A stretch of 64,000 nt of DNA from Bacteriovoracaceae bacterium (GTDB taxonomy: Bacteria > Bdellovibrionota > Bacteriovoracia > Bacteriovoracales > Bacteriovoracaceae): assembly GCA_965217035.1 (NCBI GenBank), contig OZ244226.1, forward strand, positions 2,028,146-2,092,145, given 5' to 3'. The notes beneath the pieces were generated by a model. That model had not been told where the DNA came from and did no database searches. It was given only the letters and a program-made list of their open reading frames with translations. Position 1 is the first letter of the stretch; the number at the start of each line of letters is the position of its first letter. Positions 28,500-38,730 of this stretch are shown here, piece after piece. The position numbers and the translations under genes were made by a program.

Positions 28500-29156
28500 A
28501 TGAGAATTGGCGTAATTTTCTTAATGTTTGTATCGACACTGGCTTTTTCTCAAGAAACAAAGTCGAAAAAAAGAAGAAGCAGACGTTACAAAAATATGCT
28601 GGAGTTTTCTAGAAATGGGATCGATGTTTCATTAAGATCAGAGTCGGTCGAGTACAGGGGAGTTAGTACAACTTCTGATATTGATATTTCAACTACCGAT
28701 TTTAAATTAAACTATGCTAGAAAAATTGCTTCGAATCTTTGGGTTCAAGGAATTTTAACCTATGAGCAAATTGATTATGATTATCCTGCTACTAACTTTG
28801 CTAGTCGAAATGACAGCACAGATACAATTACGACTTTTCAGGTCAATGCGATTTATGATTTAAGTAAGAATCCTTTGAGTTCTTTTTTTGCTCTTGGTGG
28901 TTTTCGGTTTAATTCTGTTAAGTCAGAATCACAATTGCTTCCAGATCAAGACATTCAACTAACAGGTTTTTCTTTGGGATTTGGAAAGAGATTTTCTCTG
29001 AGATCGATAGGGATTCCAAATGCTTCTTATACAGTATCTGCTCGTTACTTTATTGATACCGGCGATAATCGTGTCGCTTCAATAAGCTTTGATGATATTG
29101 ATGCTGACTCAACGGGATTTAAACTTCACTTAGTGGAAATTGATCTTTTCTTTTAA
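28500..29156 (+). CDS. Outer-membrane beta-barrel protein
   Basis: Signal peptide, amphipathic strands, C-terminal Phe. Confidence 0.7.
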   Translation: MRIGVIFLMFVSTLAFSQETKSKKRRSRRYKNMLEFSRNGIDVSLRSESVEYRGVSTTSDIDISTTDFKLNYARKIASNLWVQGILTYEQIDYDYPATNFASRNDSTDTITTFQVNAIYDLSKNPLSSFFALGGFRFNSVKSESQLLPDQDIQLTGFSLGFGKRFSLRSIGIPNASYTVSARYFIDTGDNRVASISFDDIDADSTGFKLHLVEIDLFF

Positions 29157-29608
29157 TAGCCAATAACTCTTTGAGTTCCAATCGATCTTTCAATTGGAAA
29201 TTGAATTGGATTCCCAAATGGTGCGATTCCATAATCATAGATAACCTGTCTTGGTTCTCCTCTTTGAATACCTGGCCTATCCATAAAGATAGGAGGAAGA
29301 GTAAGATCGTTTGGTCGCGTTTGTCCTATTTCCCCAGTAGAAGAAGTTTGTGAACATTGATATTGTGGAATGATTCCATAAGCACATAATCTTATGAATC
29401 GAGAATTATATTTTCTTATATTTGTCTGTTCTTCTGCTTTTTGTTCCTCATAAGTTTTATTCCAACAAATATCAGAAGAAAGCCAATCAGAACCTTTATA
29501 ACACATCTCTTGTAATCGTTGATCAGACATAGCCACCACAGTTGCAAGGCTTTGATTGAAAACTGTCGACAAAATAAACAGTTGTACAAAAAGGTTGAGT
29601 CTTCTCAT
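29153..29608 (-). CDS. Secreted hypothetical protein
   Basis: GGAG RBS before ATG 29608; signal peptide; four Cys. Confidence 0.65.
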   Translation of the reverse strand: MRRLNLFVQLFILSTVFNQSLATVVAMSDQRLQEMCYKGSDWLSSDICWNKTYEEQKAEEQTNIRKYNSRFIRLCAYGIIPQYQCSQTSSTGEIGQTRPNDLTLPPIFMDRPGIQRGEPRQVIYDYGIAPFGNPIQFPIERSIGTQRVIGY

Positions 29609-29654
29609 TTCTATTGCTCCTAAAGCATGTTTCATTCTATTCATATAGATATAG

Positions 29655-29670
29655 AGCAATACAGATGCCA
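29655..29670 (-). promoter_or_regulatory. Sigma54 promoter
   Basis: TGGCATCTGTATTGCT on the minus strand, ~47 bp before the ATG. Confidence 0.65.
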
Positions 29671-29708
29671 AAATTGACGCATCAGAGGTCCTAGGGTACG
29701 AAGTTAAG

Positions 29709-31274
29709 ATGAAGACAAAAAAATCTACCTTTCAAAAGTTTTTGAGTACTGTTGAACGTCTTGGAAACATACTCCCACATCCAGTCACTCTTTTTGCTGT
29801 TTTATGTATTTTAGTTTTGGGCATTAGCCAGCTTGCAGACTTGATCGATCTTCAAGTTCTAGACCCAAGACCTGAGGGAGCAAAAGGGAGAGCAACTAAC
29901 GGGATTATTTCAGCTGTTGGATTATTGAATCCGGAAAGTATTCGATTGCTTTTCCCCAAACTAGTGAAGAATTTTACAAGCTTTGCTCCACTTGGAACTG
30001 TTCTTGTTACTATGCTTGCTGTAGGAGTTGCTGAGTATTCTGGAATGTTAACAGCCTTCATTCGAGGACTTGTTCTTAAAGCTCCAAGTCGATTAATTAC
30101 CTTTGCCGTTGTTTTTGCTGGAATTCTTTCTAATACAGCTTCGGAGCTTGGGTATGTTGTTCTTGTTCCGTTAGGTGGGTATGTTTTTATCAGTAAAGGA
30201 CGGCATCCACTTGCTGGAATGGCTGCAGCTTTTGCAGGTGTTTCTGGTGGTTACTCCGCCAATCTTTTTATTGGAACAGTTGATCCACTCTTAAGTGGGA
30301 TTACACAAGAAGCTTCCCGCTTGATCGCTCCTGATTATACAACTCATGCTGCAATCAATTGGTATTTTATGATGGTATCAACCTTTTTGATCTCTATACT
30401 TGGGACATATGTCACTGAAAAAATAGTTGAACCGAACTTAGGTGAGTATGATTCAAGCTTTTCAAAAGATATTGATCAGAAAAATGCGATGGCCCCTCTC
30501 ACTGATAAAGAGAAAAAGGGATTAAAGTTTGCTGGAATCACGGTGTTGATGATCGCAATTATTGCAGCTCTAACGATTGTACCTGAATGGGGTATTCTTA
30601 GAAATCCAGAAACAGGAGATGCGCTCAAATCACCTTTTATGAAAGGGATTGTGACTTGGATTTTTATTTTCTTTCTTATTCCTTCTATTATTTATGGAAA
30701 AGTTACTGGATCAATTAAGAATGACCAGGACGTTATTGATGGCATGAGTAAGGCCATGAGTACGATGGGGCTCTATATGGTTCTTGTGTTCTTTGCTGCT
30801 CAGTTTATCGCATTTTTTAAATGGTCTAATCTCGGAACAATTTTAGCGGTAAGTGGAGCGAACTTTATGCAAAGTATGGAGATTACAGGGCCTGGAATTT
30901 TTATTCCTTTCATTTTAATCTGTGGAGTTGTGAACTTAATGCTAGGTTCGGCTTCTGCTCAGTGGGCGGTTACGGCCCCCATCTTTGTGCCAATGCTTAT
31001 GCTGGTAGGTTATTCTCCAGAGGTTATTCAAGCGGCTTATCGAATTGGTGATAGTACAACGAATATTATTACTCCTATGATGAGCTATTTTGGATTGATT
31101 CTCGCTTTTGCGGAGAACTTTGATAAACGAATCAGAATTGGAACGATTATTAGTACTATGCTTCCTTATTCAATGGTTTTCATCGTCGGATGGAGCATTC
31201 TCTTTTACGTTTGGGTTTTCCTTTTAGGAATGCCAGTCGGCCCAGATGCGCCGACTTATTTTATGGTCCGCTAA
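29709..31274 (+). CDS. AbgT family transporter
   Basis: VERLGNILPHP, GRHPLAGMAAAFAGVSGGYSAN, AYRIGDSTTNIITP. Confidence 0.95.
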   Translation: MKTKKSTFQKFLSTVERLGNILPHPVTLFAVLCILVLGISQLADLIDLQVLDPRPEGAKGRATNGIISAVGLLNPESIRLLFPKLVKNFTSFAPLGTVLVTMLAVGVAEYSGMLTAFIRGLVLKAPSRLITFAVVFAGILSNTASELGYVVLVPLGGYVFISKGRHPLAGMAAAFAGVSGGYSANLFIGTVDPLLSGITQEASRLIAPDYTTHAAINWYFMMVSTFLISILGTYVTEKIVEPNLGEYDSSFSKDIDQKNAMAPLTDKEKKGLKFAGITVLMIAIIAALTIVPEWGILRNPETGDALKSPFMKGIVTWIFIFFLIPSIIYGKVTGSIKNDQDVIDGMSKAMSTMGLYMVLVFFAAQFIAFFKWSNLGTILAVSGANFMQSMEITGPGIFIPFILICGVVNLMLGSASAQWAVTAPIFVPMLMLVGYSPEVIQAAYRIGDSTTNIITPMMSYFGLILAFAENFDKRIRIGTIISTMLPYSMVFIVGWSILFYVWVFLLGMPVGPDAPTYFMVR

Positions 31275-32527
31275 GGTCTAATTAAGACTTCTAATGAGTT
31301 GGAAAAACTTGAAACAGGATTTCTATTTCTGTCTAAAGCGATAACTCGAATTTGATATCTTCCCCAACCTGGAAGTCTTTGAGCTGGAATGAGGTTATAA
31401 AGGCCACCTTTTCTTGCGTAAATTTCAACTTTATACCCATTTATTCGATCGGGTGTTCGACCATTTGGATTTGAGAATCTCTGGTTCGGCCTTGAAAATT
31501 CGATGGCCAGACCATGGGCATCTGGGAAAGAACGAACATCCATTACGATTGGGATGATTTGATTTGGATTCCTAGAAACAATCGTCGTTTGTCCATTAAC
31601 TGTTGGAGTTTTTGCAATATTTCCACTCTGTGGTGGAGGAGGAGGGTCATCGCCACCTGATGGTGGTTTAAACCAACAAAGAGGTCTCAAACCTTCAGTG
31701 AATTTTTGTTCTCTATTACATGTTCCAACATTAGGATCACTCTGACCGATTTCTTCATTTTCTCCAATGATACAATTGGCCCCTTGAAAATAAGTATCAA
31801 GTCGGCATTGAAACGCTGGATGAGACTCATAAGTTCGAGTAACAACGTTTCGATCTGGAGTTTCAAATCGTGGGAATGATTGGCCACTCATATCTGCAAA
31901 TAATGAGGCACTTGAAAGTCCGGCCATCGAAATTCTCTTACAAATAGCGATATCATTTGGAATTGAAAATTGTGATTCACACTTTGTTTTTACAAGGGGA
32001 TCAATTTTCATTCCTTTAACGATGTCATCATTTTCTTCATCTAGAAAAATTTTTCTTAAACATTTTGTGACGGCAAAGTAATCAGACTGTCCTTCTGTAC
32101 TTGCCCAAGTTCCACCTTGATCAGAATAACGAGGAACTCCTCCAATATGATGACCAACTTCATGACAAGCAACTAAAGTAAAAGCATCATCAGTGATTGT
32201 TCTGTGACGAGCGAGTCCACCAAACATCTCGACGGTATAATTACTGCCTTCACGATTAGCGTAAGCATTAACTGTTCCATCAGACCACTTTCTTCTTATA
32301 AGAAGGTTTCCACCATAGCTTCGAATAATAGGAGCATAAACTTGTTCAACTTTATCAAGAATTCTATTAAAGTCTGCTTCAGTAACACTGTCGGTTTTTA
32401 AATTGTGCTTAACATGTTCACCAATCCAGAGATCGTTCTCGGGTAGAAATCCCCCTCCATTCACGCAAGGCATAGCTTCGGCTGAAAAAATTAAAATTAT
32501 GAACAGGGCGGTTAACGGCCGAAACAT
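31271..32527 (-). CDS. Secreted HExxH zinc metalloprotease (M48-like) with Pro linker and C-terminal beta domain
   Basis: VNAYA, CHEVGHHIGG, EGQSDYFA, HP..CRLDT, PPPPP linker. Confidence 0.85.
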   Translation of the reverse strand: MFRPLTALFIILIFSAEAMPCVNGGGFLPENDLWIGEHVKHNLKTDSVTEADFNRILDKVEQVYAPIIRSYGGNLLIRRKWSDGTVNAYANREGSNYTVEMFGGLARHRTITDDAFTLVACHEVGHHIGGVPRYSDQGGTWASTEGQSDYFAVTKCLRKIFLDEENDDIVKGMKIDPLVKTKCESQFSIPNDIAICKRISMAGLSSASLFADMSGQSFPRFETPDRNVVTRTYESHPAFQCRLDTYFQGANCIIGENEEIGQSDPNVGTCNREQKFTEGLRPLCWFKPPSGGDDPPPPPQSGNIAKTPTVNGQTTIVSRNPNQIIPIVMDVRSFPDAHGLAIEFSRPNQRFSNPNGRTPDRINGYKVEIYARKGGLYNLIPAQRLPGWGRYQIRVIALDRNRNPVSSFSNSLEVLIRP

Positions 32528-32571
32528 GAAAGTGCCTCCTCTTCCTAAGTAAGCTGATAATGGACTTATTC

Positions 32572-32587
32572 AGCAGTTATTATACCA
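32572..32587 (-). promoter_or_regulatory. Sigma54-like promoter (also contains TATAAT)
   Basis: TGGTATAATAACTGCT, 45 bp before the protease ATG. Confidence 0.4.
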
Positions 32588-32859
32588 AGCTATCAATATT
32601 GAAGGCGGTGCATTTAAATTCGGAAATATGTTCCATTGCGTTAATATCAAATGTGAATAAATTGATTTTAACAGGCTGTTTTAATTAGATTTTGTTTGTC
32701 TACTTTAGGGATAAAGGTTTATTCGATAATTTGCTTCTAATAATGAGTTTATTTTTCTAGTTGCTCTAATCAAGGATAGTTTTCGAATAGGTTTTTCGTC
32801 AGCTAATTCTTTAATTATTTTGATCTGAGCACTTTTTGATTCAATTTTCTTCTCAAAAT

Positions 32860-32887
32860 TAAAGGTTTTTCCTAAATAACCCGATAA
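32860..32887 (+). promoter_or_regulatory. Sigma28-like promoter
   Basis: TAAAGGTTT...CCCGATAA. Confidence 0.5.
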
Positions 32888-32917
32888 AAAAATATGGTTT
32901 TTAATAAGGAGTATTCT

Positions 32918-33424
32918 ATGAAATTATTAATCGTTTTTTCGAGTCTTATCTTTCTTTTTAGTTGTGCTAACACTCAAAATAGCAGGAATCCATCAAGTGT
33001 CATCTCTAAGGTGATGGCCTGTCACTCTGATAAGCATATTTTTAGAATCAAGGCGAGTGATTATCTCGATATGAAGACTATTGAAAGTATTTCAGTAACT
33101 TCAAAGCTTAAGTTTGGGGAGATGATAAGATTAAGACTTAAGGAACATAATCTTGTTATTAAGGATACGATTGAGAAAGAAAATAATAATGTTGCAGTTG
33201 TAGTGCATCCTGAAGATGATGATAAAACAGCTTTTACTCTTCATTTAAAAAATAATACTTACAAGAAAATGTTTAACTTACCTCCTCTTAATACCTTGTT
33301 GGTATTTCCTCCTGCGATACTTCTCGCAACAGAACAACCTTATGGGATTGAATATTCTGTGAATGATAAGAAAAACATAAAAGCAAGTTGTGTTATCACT
33401 CTTGATCCACAAATTAGAAAATAA
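32918..33424 (+). CDS. Hypothetical lipoprotein
   Basis: AAGGAG RBS; lipobox LFSC; RNPSS. Confidence 0.75.
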   Translation: MKLLIVFSSLIFLFSCANTQNSRNPSSVISKVMACHSDKHIFRIKASDYLDMKTIESISVTSKLKFGEMIRLRLKEHNLVIKDTIEKENNNVAVVVHPEDDDKTAFTLHLKNNTYKKMFNLPPLNTLLVFPPAILLATEQPYGIEYSVNDKKNIKASCVITLDPQIRK

Positions 33425-33455
33425 TTATTTATAACACCTTCTTAAAATGAAAGAT

Positions 33456-34247
33456 TTAAATCATTTTCATTTTAAGAAGGTTCAAAAAGATTAAATCGTC
33501 AATATTGCTGGTATTAATAGCTTTTGAATAATTGATACATTTTTTAGAGAATCGTAAGCTTCGTTGAGAAGATTTATTTTTTGGAATATAGACTCTGGGA
33601 TAATTGTTTATTCTATTGATTTTTATCATGCTACCGATCCCTGTTATTTTGTATTTTCCTAGGACCTGATCCAAATACTTCCCATTAAAGTTTGAAAAGT
33701 AAGAGTCCACAATTTTTAGACGTCCTTTGTCTTTCATTATAACAATTGCATGATCTTCAACTCTTACTGAGCCAAAGTTTACAGACTTTGCTTGTGTATA
33801 AACATAACGACTTTCGATTCCTGCATTTTTTAAACCTATATGCATAAAGATTGCATTTTCTCTGCAAACTCCAGATCGACAATTAAGGTATTCTGATAAA
33901 GGAATTGGTTTGCCAGTTTCTCTGTATTCCTCCAGCTTTAGTAAATAATCAGATCCATTATAATCTCCTTGAGGGATAAGCGTTTTAACTTTCTTTCGCA
34001 GTCTTTTTATTATCTCTTTTGTTTTTAAACCCTCTAAGCTTCTGCTGTATTCAATAAATTCCTTAATCTCAAGACTTGAACTCAAGTTGATATCATAATT
34101 GGGTTGGATTCCTCCAAAGTCTGTTGATCCTTGAAGGATATAACCGTCCTCGATATTGTGAACTCCAAAGCTAAATGAATCGAAACCTTCAATTTCTTGA
34201 GCAAAACACTTGAACTGAAGAGTCAAGAATAGGACTAAAATTTTCAT
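33456..34247 (-). CDS. Secreted transglutaminase-like protein
   Basis: GVCRENA...GIESRY...DHAIV...IVDSY Cys-His-Asp triad. Confidence 0.75.
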   Translation of the reverse strand: MKILVLFLTLQFKCFAQEIEGFDSFSFGVHNIEDGYILQGSTDFGGIQPNYDINLSSSLEIKEFIEYSRSLEGLKTKEIIKRLRKKVKTLIPQGDYNGSDYLLKLEEYRETGKPIPLSEYLNCRSGVCRENAIFMHIGLKNAGIESRYVYTQAKSVNFGSVRVEDHAIVIMKDKGRLKIVDSYFSNFNGKYLDQVLGKYKITGIGSMIKINRINNYPRVYIPKNKSSQRSLRFSKKCINYSKAINTSNIDDLIFLNLLKMKMI

Positions 34248-34437
34248 ATTAGTTATTTCGGAATTATGGAAGTCATTTTTGATTCAATTCGAATTACCGG
34301 TTAATTTTGCCAAAAATGAGATCTATTTCTTTCGAAACTTTAACAAGTAACACCTTATAATTTGAGAAAATTTGCAAAAATCATTTAGAGAAGAAACAAT
34401 TGAAAGATATTTTGCCTCTGACAAAAGAATTAATTAA

Positions 34438-34956
34438 ATGATTATTTACTTCAATGGTACATCCAGTTCAGGAAAAAGCTCTATCGCAATAGAACTTCAA
34501 AGTTTAATGGAAGAGCCTGTCTTCTATTTCTCAATTGATACAATTCTGTATTCTCTTTCGAAAGAAATATTGAAAGAAATTCAGAGCAATAAGGAAAGTC
34601 TCATCAGTCATGAGAGATGGAATCAAATATTCAAAGGTTATTTTGATTGTCTTAAAGCTTTATCTGATGCAGGGAATACTGTCATTGGAGATTGTCCGAT
34701 TCATCTCGACTTTCAAATTCCTCACTTCCAGAAAGCAATTAGTCCGATTAAAGATAAAATCGTTATCGGTCTTAACTGTTCACTCGGTACTTTGAATGAG
34801 CGAGAAATTGCGAGAGGAGACAGGTCTATTGGTTTAGCTGAACGACAGTTTTCTACTATTCATAGATATCTAGATTATGATTTAGAGTTAGATAGTGAGT
34901 TCGTTGGCCCTGTTGATCATGCAAAATTCATTTTAAATAAGATTAAAAGGAGATAG
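34438..34956 (+). CDS. Chloramphenicol phosphotransferase-like P-loop kinase
   Basis: NGTSSSGKSS, REIARGDR.IGLA..Q...H..YDLELD. Confidence 0.85.
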   Translation: MIIYFNGTSSSGKSSIAIELQSLMEEPVFYFSIDTILYSLSKEILKEIQSNKESLISHERWNQIFKGYFDCLKALSDAGNTVIGDCPIHLDFQIPHFQKAISPIKDKIVIGLNCSLGTLNEREIARGDRSIGLAERQFSTIHRYLDYDLELDSEFVGPVDHAKFILNKIKRR

Positions 34957-34958
34957 AA

Positions 34959-35291
34959 ATGTTTTCCATACTTGTTGTTGTCAGAAAGAAAGAGGAGATC
35001 TCTCAAGAAGAATTTCGAAAAGTTTGGAAGGAAGACTATGGTCCAATGTATAGGCAAATGCCAGAAGTAAAGTCTTATAAACAGTATCATTTATCGGACA
35101 GGAGAAAAGATGATGCAGAAGATCCTATTGATGGCGTCGCTATTCTCGGATTTGAGTCTGAAGAAGAAATGAAGAAGGCTTGGGACACAGAGATCTATAA
35201 AGAAGCAGCCAAGATTCGAGAGAATATAATGAGAGAAACAGCTGTCGGAGTTCATGTTGCAAGTATCGATGAGCTTGTGACGATTATTTGA
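34959..35291 (+). CDS. EthD family protein
   Basis: ISQEEFRKVW...P.VKSY.Q...DGVA.L.FES. Confidence 0.85.
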   Translation: MFSILVVVRKKEEISQEEFRKVWKEDYGPMYRQMPEVKSYKQYHLSDRRKDDAEDPIDGVAILGFESEEEMKKAWDTEIYKEAAKIRENIMRETAVGVHVASIDELVTII

Positions 35292-35529
35292 ATTAAAACT
35301 AAAACATGGGAAAGCAATCTTAGGTAATTGATTTGCGACCTTGCTATAATGGAGTGATTATAGCTCTTTTAGATTTTTACGTTTAAGAATGCTTCATTCG
35401 TTTGAAACTTTAGATGGTTAAGGCTATTTGGGATAGTTAATATTCAATTATTTGCGTTATGGACACTTTTTATATTTTTGTAATATCTAATGATTCAGTA
35501 TTGAATCGAAACCTAATATTTTAGAGTTA

Positions 35530-36126
35530 CTACCACATAGGTTCGTATAACAAATAATTTTCAGGATTATTATATTTATATTGATTATGTAATTTCTCTA
35601 ATTCTTCATATTTTCCGACAAAAACTTGAGGCTGTTCATCTCTATATGTATCGTAGTTTTCTTTAGTTGCTATAAATTGTCCGTAGGTAGGATCAATAAT
35701 AAGATTAGAACCATCATCGTAAAAATTCTCTACTATAATAAATACATGATAAAAACCGCTAGGCCACTTATCAGCTGTTATTACATGAGAAAAAACTAAG
35801 AATGGAAACTTATCTCTCAAGATAGAAAGTAATGTTCTTGAAGCTGGAATACAGATTCGACTTATCAGCAAATGTTCCCAATGGGTTTCACAGACTTTTG
35901 TTTTTCCTCGAACAAACGGCCCGTGTGCAAACATGTCAGGTTTTGCATTACAAATCCTTTTCTTTAAATCATTTTCAAAAGACTCGTGTTGAATAAAACT
36001 TTTTAAGTCATCTATTTTGATTGCAAAAGCTGAAAAACTTCCAAGTATAAATAATCCAAGTAATGCTTTTTTTATAATCATAAAATAAATACTTTCTGTA
36101 AGCTCTTTATTCACAATCTTCCTCAT
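35530..36126 (-). CDS. Secreted protein with papain/transglutaminase-like Cys-His-Asp motifs
   Basis: CIPAS..L, HVFIIV, IIDPTYGQF; signal peptide suggests a start at 36081. Confidence 0.55.
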   Translation of the reverse strand: MRKIVNKELTESIYFMIIKKALLGLFILGSFSAFAIKIDDLKSFIQHESFENDLKKRICNAKPDMFAHGPFVRGKTKVCETHWEHLLISRICIPASRTLLSILRDKFPFLVFSHVITADKWPSGFYHVFIIVENFYDDGSNLIIDPTYGQFIATKENYDTYRDEQPQVFVGKYEELEKLHNQYKYNNPENYLLYEPMW

Positions 36127-36151
36127 CTTTACTCTTAGTGCTAAGATAAAA

Positions 36152-36562
36152 CTATTTCGAATCTAGTAAGTTCGAAAACATTTCGATGTAACATCTCGCT
36201 TCTTTCACATAAAGATTTCGAGTTAAACAATTATTGGCCATCTCTGTTAAAAACTTATTATCTAAAAATTGAATCGTCTTTCTAAAACACTTTGTAGTAC
36301 CAGTCCAAAAAGTTTCTGGAGTTCTACACACATGATGAAGAAGATTCAGAGTATCATAAGAATTTTCAATCCCTTCTTTCCCTCTTCTATTACATTCCTC
36401 TTCAACTTCTACTTCTTGCTCAACGTCACAACCGATTTCAATGATTTTGAGTTTTGTATCTAAATCATTTGGAATATCTAGGTCATTCGCAAATGAGATG
36501 TTTGAAGCAATAAAGAAATGAAAGCTTATTAAGCTCAAAAATCCTAATAATACTTTATTCAT
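36152..36562 (-). CDS. Secreted Cys-rich hypothetical protein
   Basis: GAGG RBS, signal peptide, six Cys. Confidence 0.65.
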   Translation of the reverse strand: MNKVLLGFLSLISFHFFIASNISFANDLDIPNDLDTKLKIIEIGCDVEQEVEVEEECNRRGKEGIENSYDTLNLLHHVCRTPETFWTGTTKCFRKTIQFLDNKFLTEMANNCLTRNLYVKEARCYIEMFSNLLDSK

Positions 36563-36858
36563 AGATCCTCTTGAGTTTATTATTAAATTCCTTATTTTTG
36601 TGATTTTAAACTGCCTCTAATTCTGCCGCAACGCCGATGTAATCTTTACAAAAGTATGTGTTCAAAAATTAGATATTTATTTCTACCTTTTGTTTTAGGA
36701 GCTTTTTAAAAAAACTTTTTGGCCAGAAGGAGCGACAAAGCGATTTGATGGTTATGATTACTTTGATGAAAAATCTGGATTAAATGCTCTCACACTGGTA
36801 ATTGCCAAGGATTTACCAAAAGAAATCAAAATCAATTCAATGTACTTCTCTACTCATA

Positions 36859-37218
36859 TTAAAGCTTATGTTTTATAGACCAATCTTTGAGTTGCTCAAG
36901 AATTGCGAGTGCTGATTTTCCAAACTTTGTTATTTTGTATTCTACAGCAATAGGCCTATCACTAATGACGACTCTTTTGAGTAAGCCTATGTTTTCCATT
37001 TCTTTTAGACGTTCATTAATAATTTTCTTACTCGCACCACCTAGAATTCTAGCTAACTCATTAAAACGAACAGGACCATCTTTTAGATGCCATAAGATTG
37101 AACCCTTCCATTTGCCACCAATAAGCCTCATTCCTTTTTCAATGGGGCATGGCTCAGTGCAGACTTTTAAAGGAGTAATCTTTCTTTTTCTATTAGTTTG
37201 AATTTTTTTGTCTGCCAT
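36859..37218 (-). CDS. HxlR-family transcriptional regulator
   Basis: CPIE..LIGGKWK..ILWHL..GPVRFNEL...VEYKIT. Confidence 0.93.
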   Translation of the reverse strand: MADKKIQTNRKRKITPLKVCTEPCPIEKGMRLIGGKWKGSILWHLKDGPVRFNELARILGGASKKIINERLKEMENIGLLKRVVISDRPIAVEYKITKFGKSALAILEQLKDWSIKHKL

Positions 37219-37332
37219 AAATCACCAAAATTTAGTATTTCAGGGTGGTTACTAAAAGTAAACTGGTTGATATTATTAACTACTTATTGGATATTAGCAT
37301 AGAAGCAAAATTGAAACAAATTGGAGATCTAT

Positions 37333-37917
37333 ATGAAAAAGGCTTTAATTATAAATACTCATCAAGAATATCCCTTTGCCAAAGGAGAGCTAAATAGAAC
37401 TATAGCTGAAAAAATTGGCAAATTTCTTAGCAATAAAGGTTTTGAAATTAAAACTACTACGATGAAAGATGCTTGGATTATTGATGATGAAGTTGAAAAA
37501 CATGTTTGGGCAGATGTTGTAATTTTACAGTCACCCGTCAATTGGATGGGCGTTCCTTGGAGTTTCAAAAAATATATGGATGAGGTCTATACCGCAGGTA
37601 TGTTTGGGAAGCTATGTAATAACGACGGAAGAAGTAAAGAAGAACCAAAAAAGAACTATGGAGCTGGAGGTGTTCTGACAGATAGTAAATATATGTTTTC
37701 ACTGACTTTTAATGCTCCTGAAGAGTCGTTTAATGATGAGAACGAGTACTTGTTTCAAGGAAAAAGTGTGGATGATTTATTTTTTCCTCAACATATGAAT
37801 TTTAGATTTTTTGGAATGAGACCACTACCAACTTTTGTTTGTTATGATGTAATGAAAAATGCAGATATTGAGAATGATTTTAAAAGATTAGAGAAGCATC
37901 TACAGGAGGTTTTTTAA
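37333..37917 (+). CDS. mdaB: NAD(P)H:quinone oxidoreductase, MdaB-like
   Basis: [29 protein letters not shown]...YGAGG, TFNAP, DVMKN. Confidence 0.85.
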   Translation: MKKALIINTHQEYPFAKGELNRTIAEKIGKFLSNKGFEIKTTTMKDAWIIDDEVEKHVWADVVILQSPVNWMGVPWSFKKYMDEVYTAGMFGKLCNNDGRSKEEPKKNYGAGGVLTDSKYMFSLTFNAPEESFNDENEYLFQGKSVDDLFFPQHMNFRFFGMRPLPTFVCYDVMKNADIENDFKRLEKHLQEVF

Positions 37918-38453
37918 TGAATACAAATAAACTTATGGCAGGAAGTAGATTTCCAGAGATAAAAGTTAAAACTTTAAATGGAGAAGATATCATTTTAGGA
38001 AAACCTGAAAACGGAGCAACTTGGCAAATGGTAGTTGTGTACAGAGGAAAGCATTGTCCATTATGTACAAAGTACCTTGCTAAATTTTCAAGTATGAAGG
38101 AAGACTTTCTTAAAGCAGGTGTGGATATAGTAGTTGTTTCAGCTGATACAAAAGAGAAAGCGACTCTTCAAGCTAAGGAGAAATTGAGTCTTGAGTTCAA
38201 GGTGGGCTACGATTTATCCATTGAACAAATGCAACAACTTGGTTTGTATATTTCTTATCCTCGATCTTCTCAAGAAACTGATAGGCCTTTTGCTGAGCCA
38301 GGCTTGTTCGTTGTGAACGAAGACTTTAATCTTCATGTCGTAGATATTTCAAATAATCCTTTTGTTAGACCTGAACTTGAGACGTTACTATCAGGAATTA
38401 ACTGGATTAGAAATCCTGAAAATAATTATCCGATTAGGGGAACTTACAAATAG
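37917..38453 (+). CDS. Peroxiredoxin-like AhpC/TSA protein
   Basis: YRGKHCPLC, ETDRPFAEPGLF, YPIRGT. Confidence 0.88.
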   Translation: MNTNKLMAGSRFPEIKVKTLNGEDIILGKPENGATWQMVVVYRGKHCPLCTKYLAKFSSMKEDFLKAGVDIVVVSADTKEKATLQAKEKLSLEFKVGYDLSIEQMQQLGLYISYPRSSQETDRPFAEPGLFVVNEDFNLHVVDISNNPFVRPELETLLSGINWIRNPENNYPIRGTYK

Positions 38454-38563
38454 ATTTAAAAACTTTGGAACGAATTCGTTAGCTTTTTTTAAACCCTAAA
38501 ACGAAAAAACGAGGTAAAAGCCTCGTAATTTCAAATATTTGTCACGATAAAAAAGTTCATAAA

Positions 38564-38640
38564 TGGCGGGAGTGACGAGACTCGAACTCGCGGCCTTCTG
38601 CGTGACAGGCAGACGTTATAACCAACTTAACTACACCCCC
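38564..38640 (-). tRNA. tRNA-Asp(GTC)
   Basis: GGGGGTG...TCTGC-CTGTCAC-GCAGA...GCGAG-TTCGAGT-CTCGT-CACTCCC-G-CCA. Confidence 0.97.
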
Positions 38641-38730
38641 GCTAACGAGATCCTCATTATGAGGGGTAGAGCCTCCTTGGTCAAGATATTTTATATACCT
38701 AGAGGAGTTTAAGTTTGTTAGAATGACGCT

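Noticed and set aside
32600..38560. Prophage or active integrative element at tRNA-Asp
   Set aside because: No integrase, phage genes or att repeat seen
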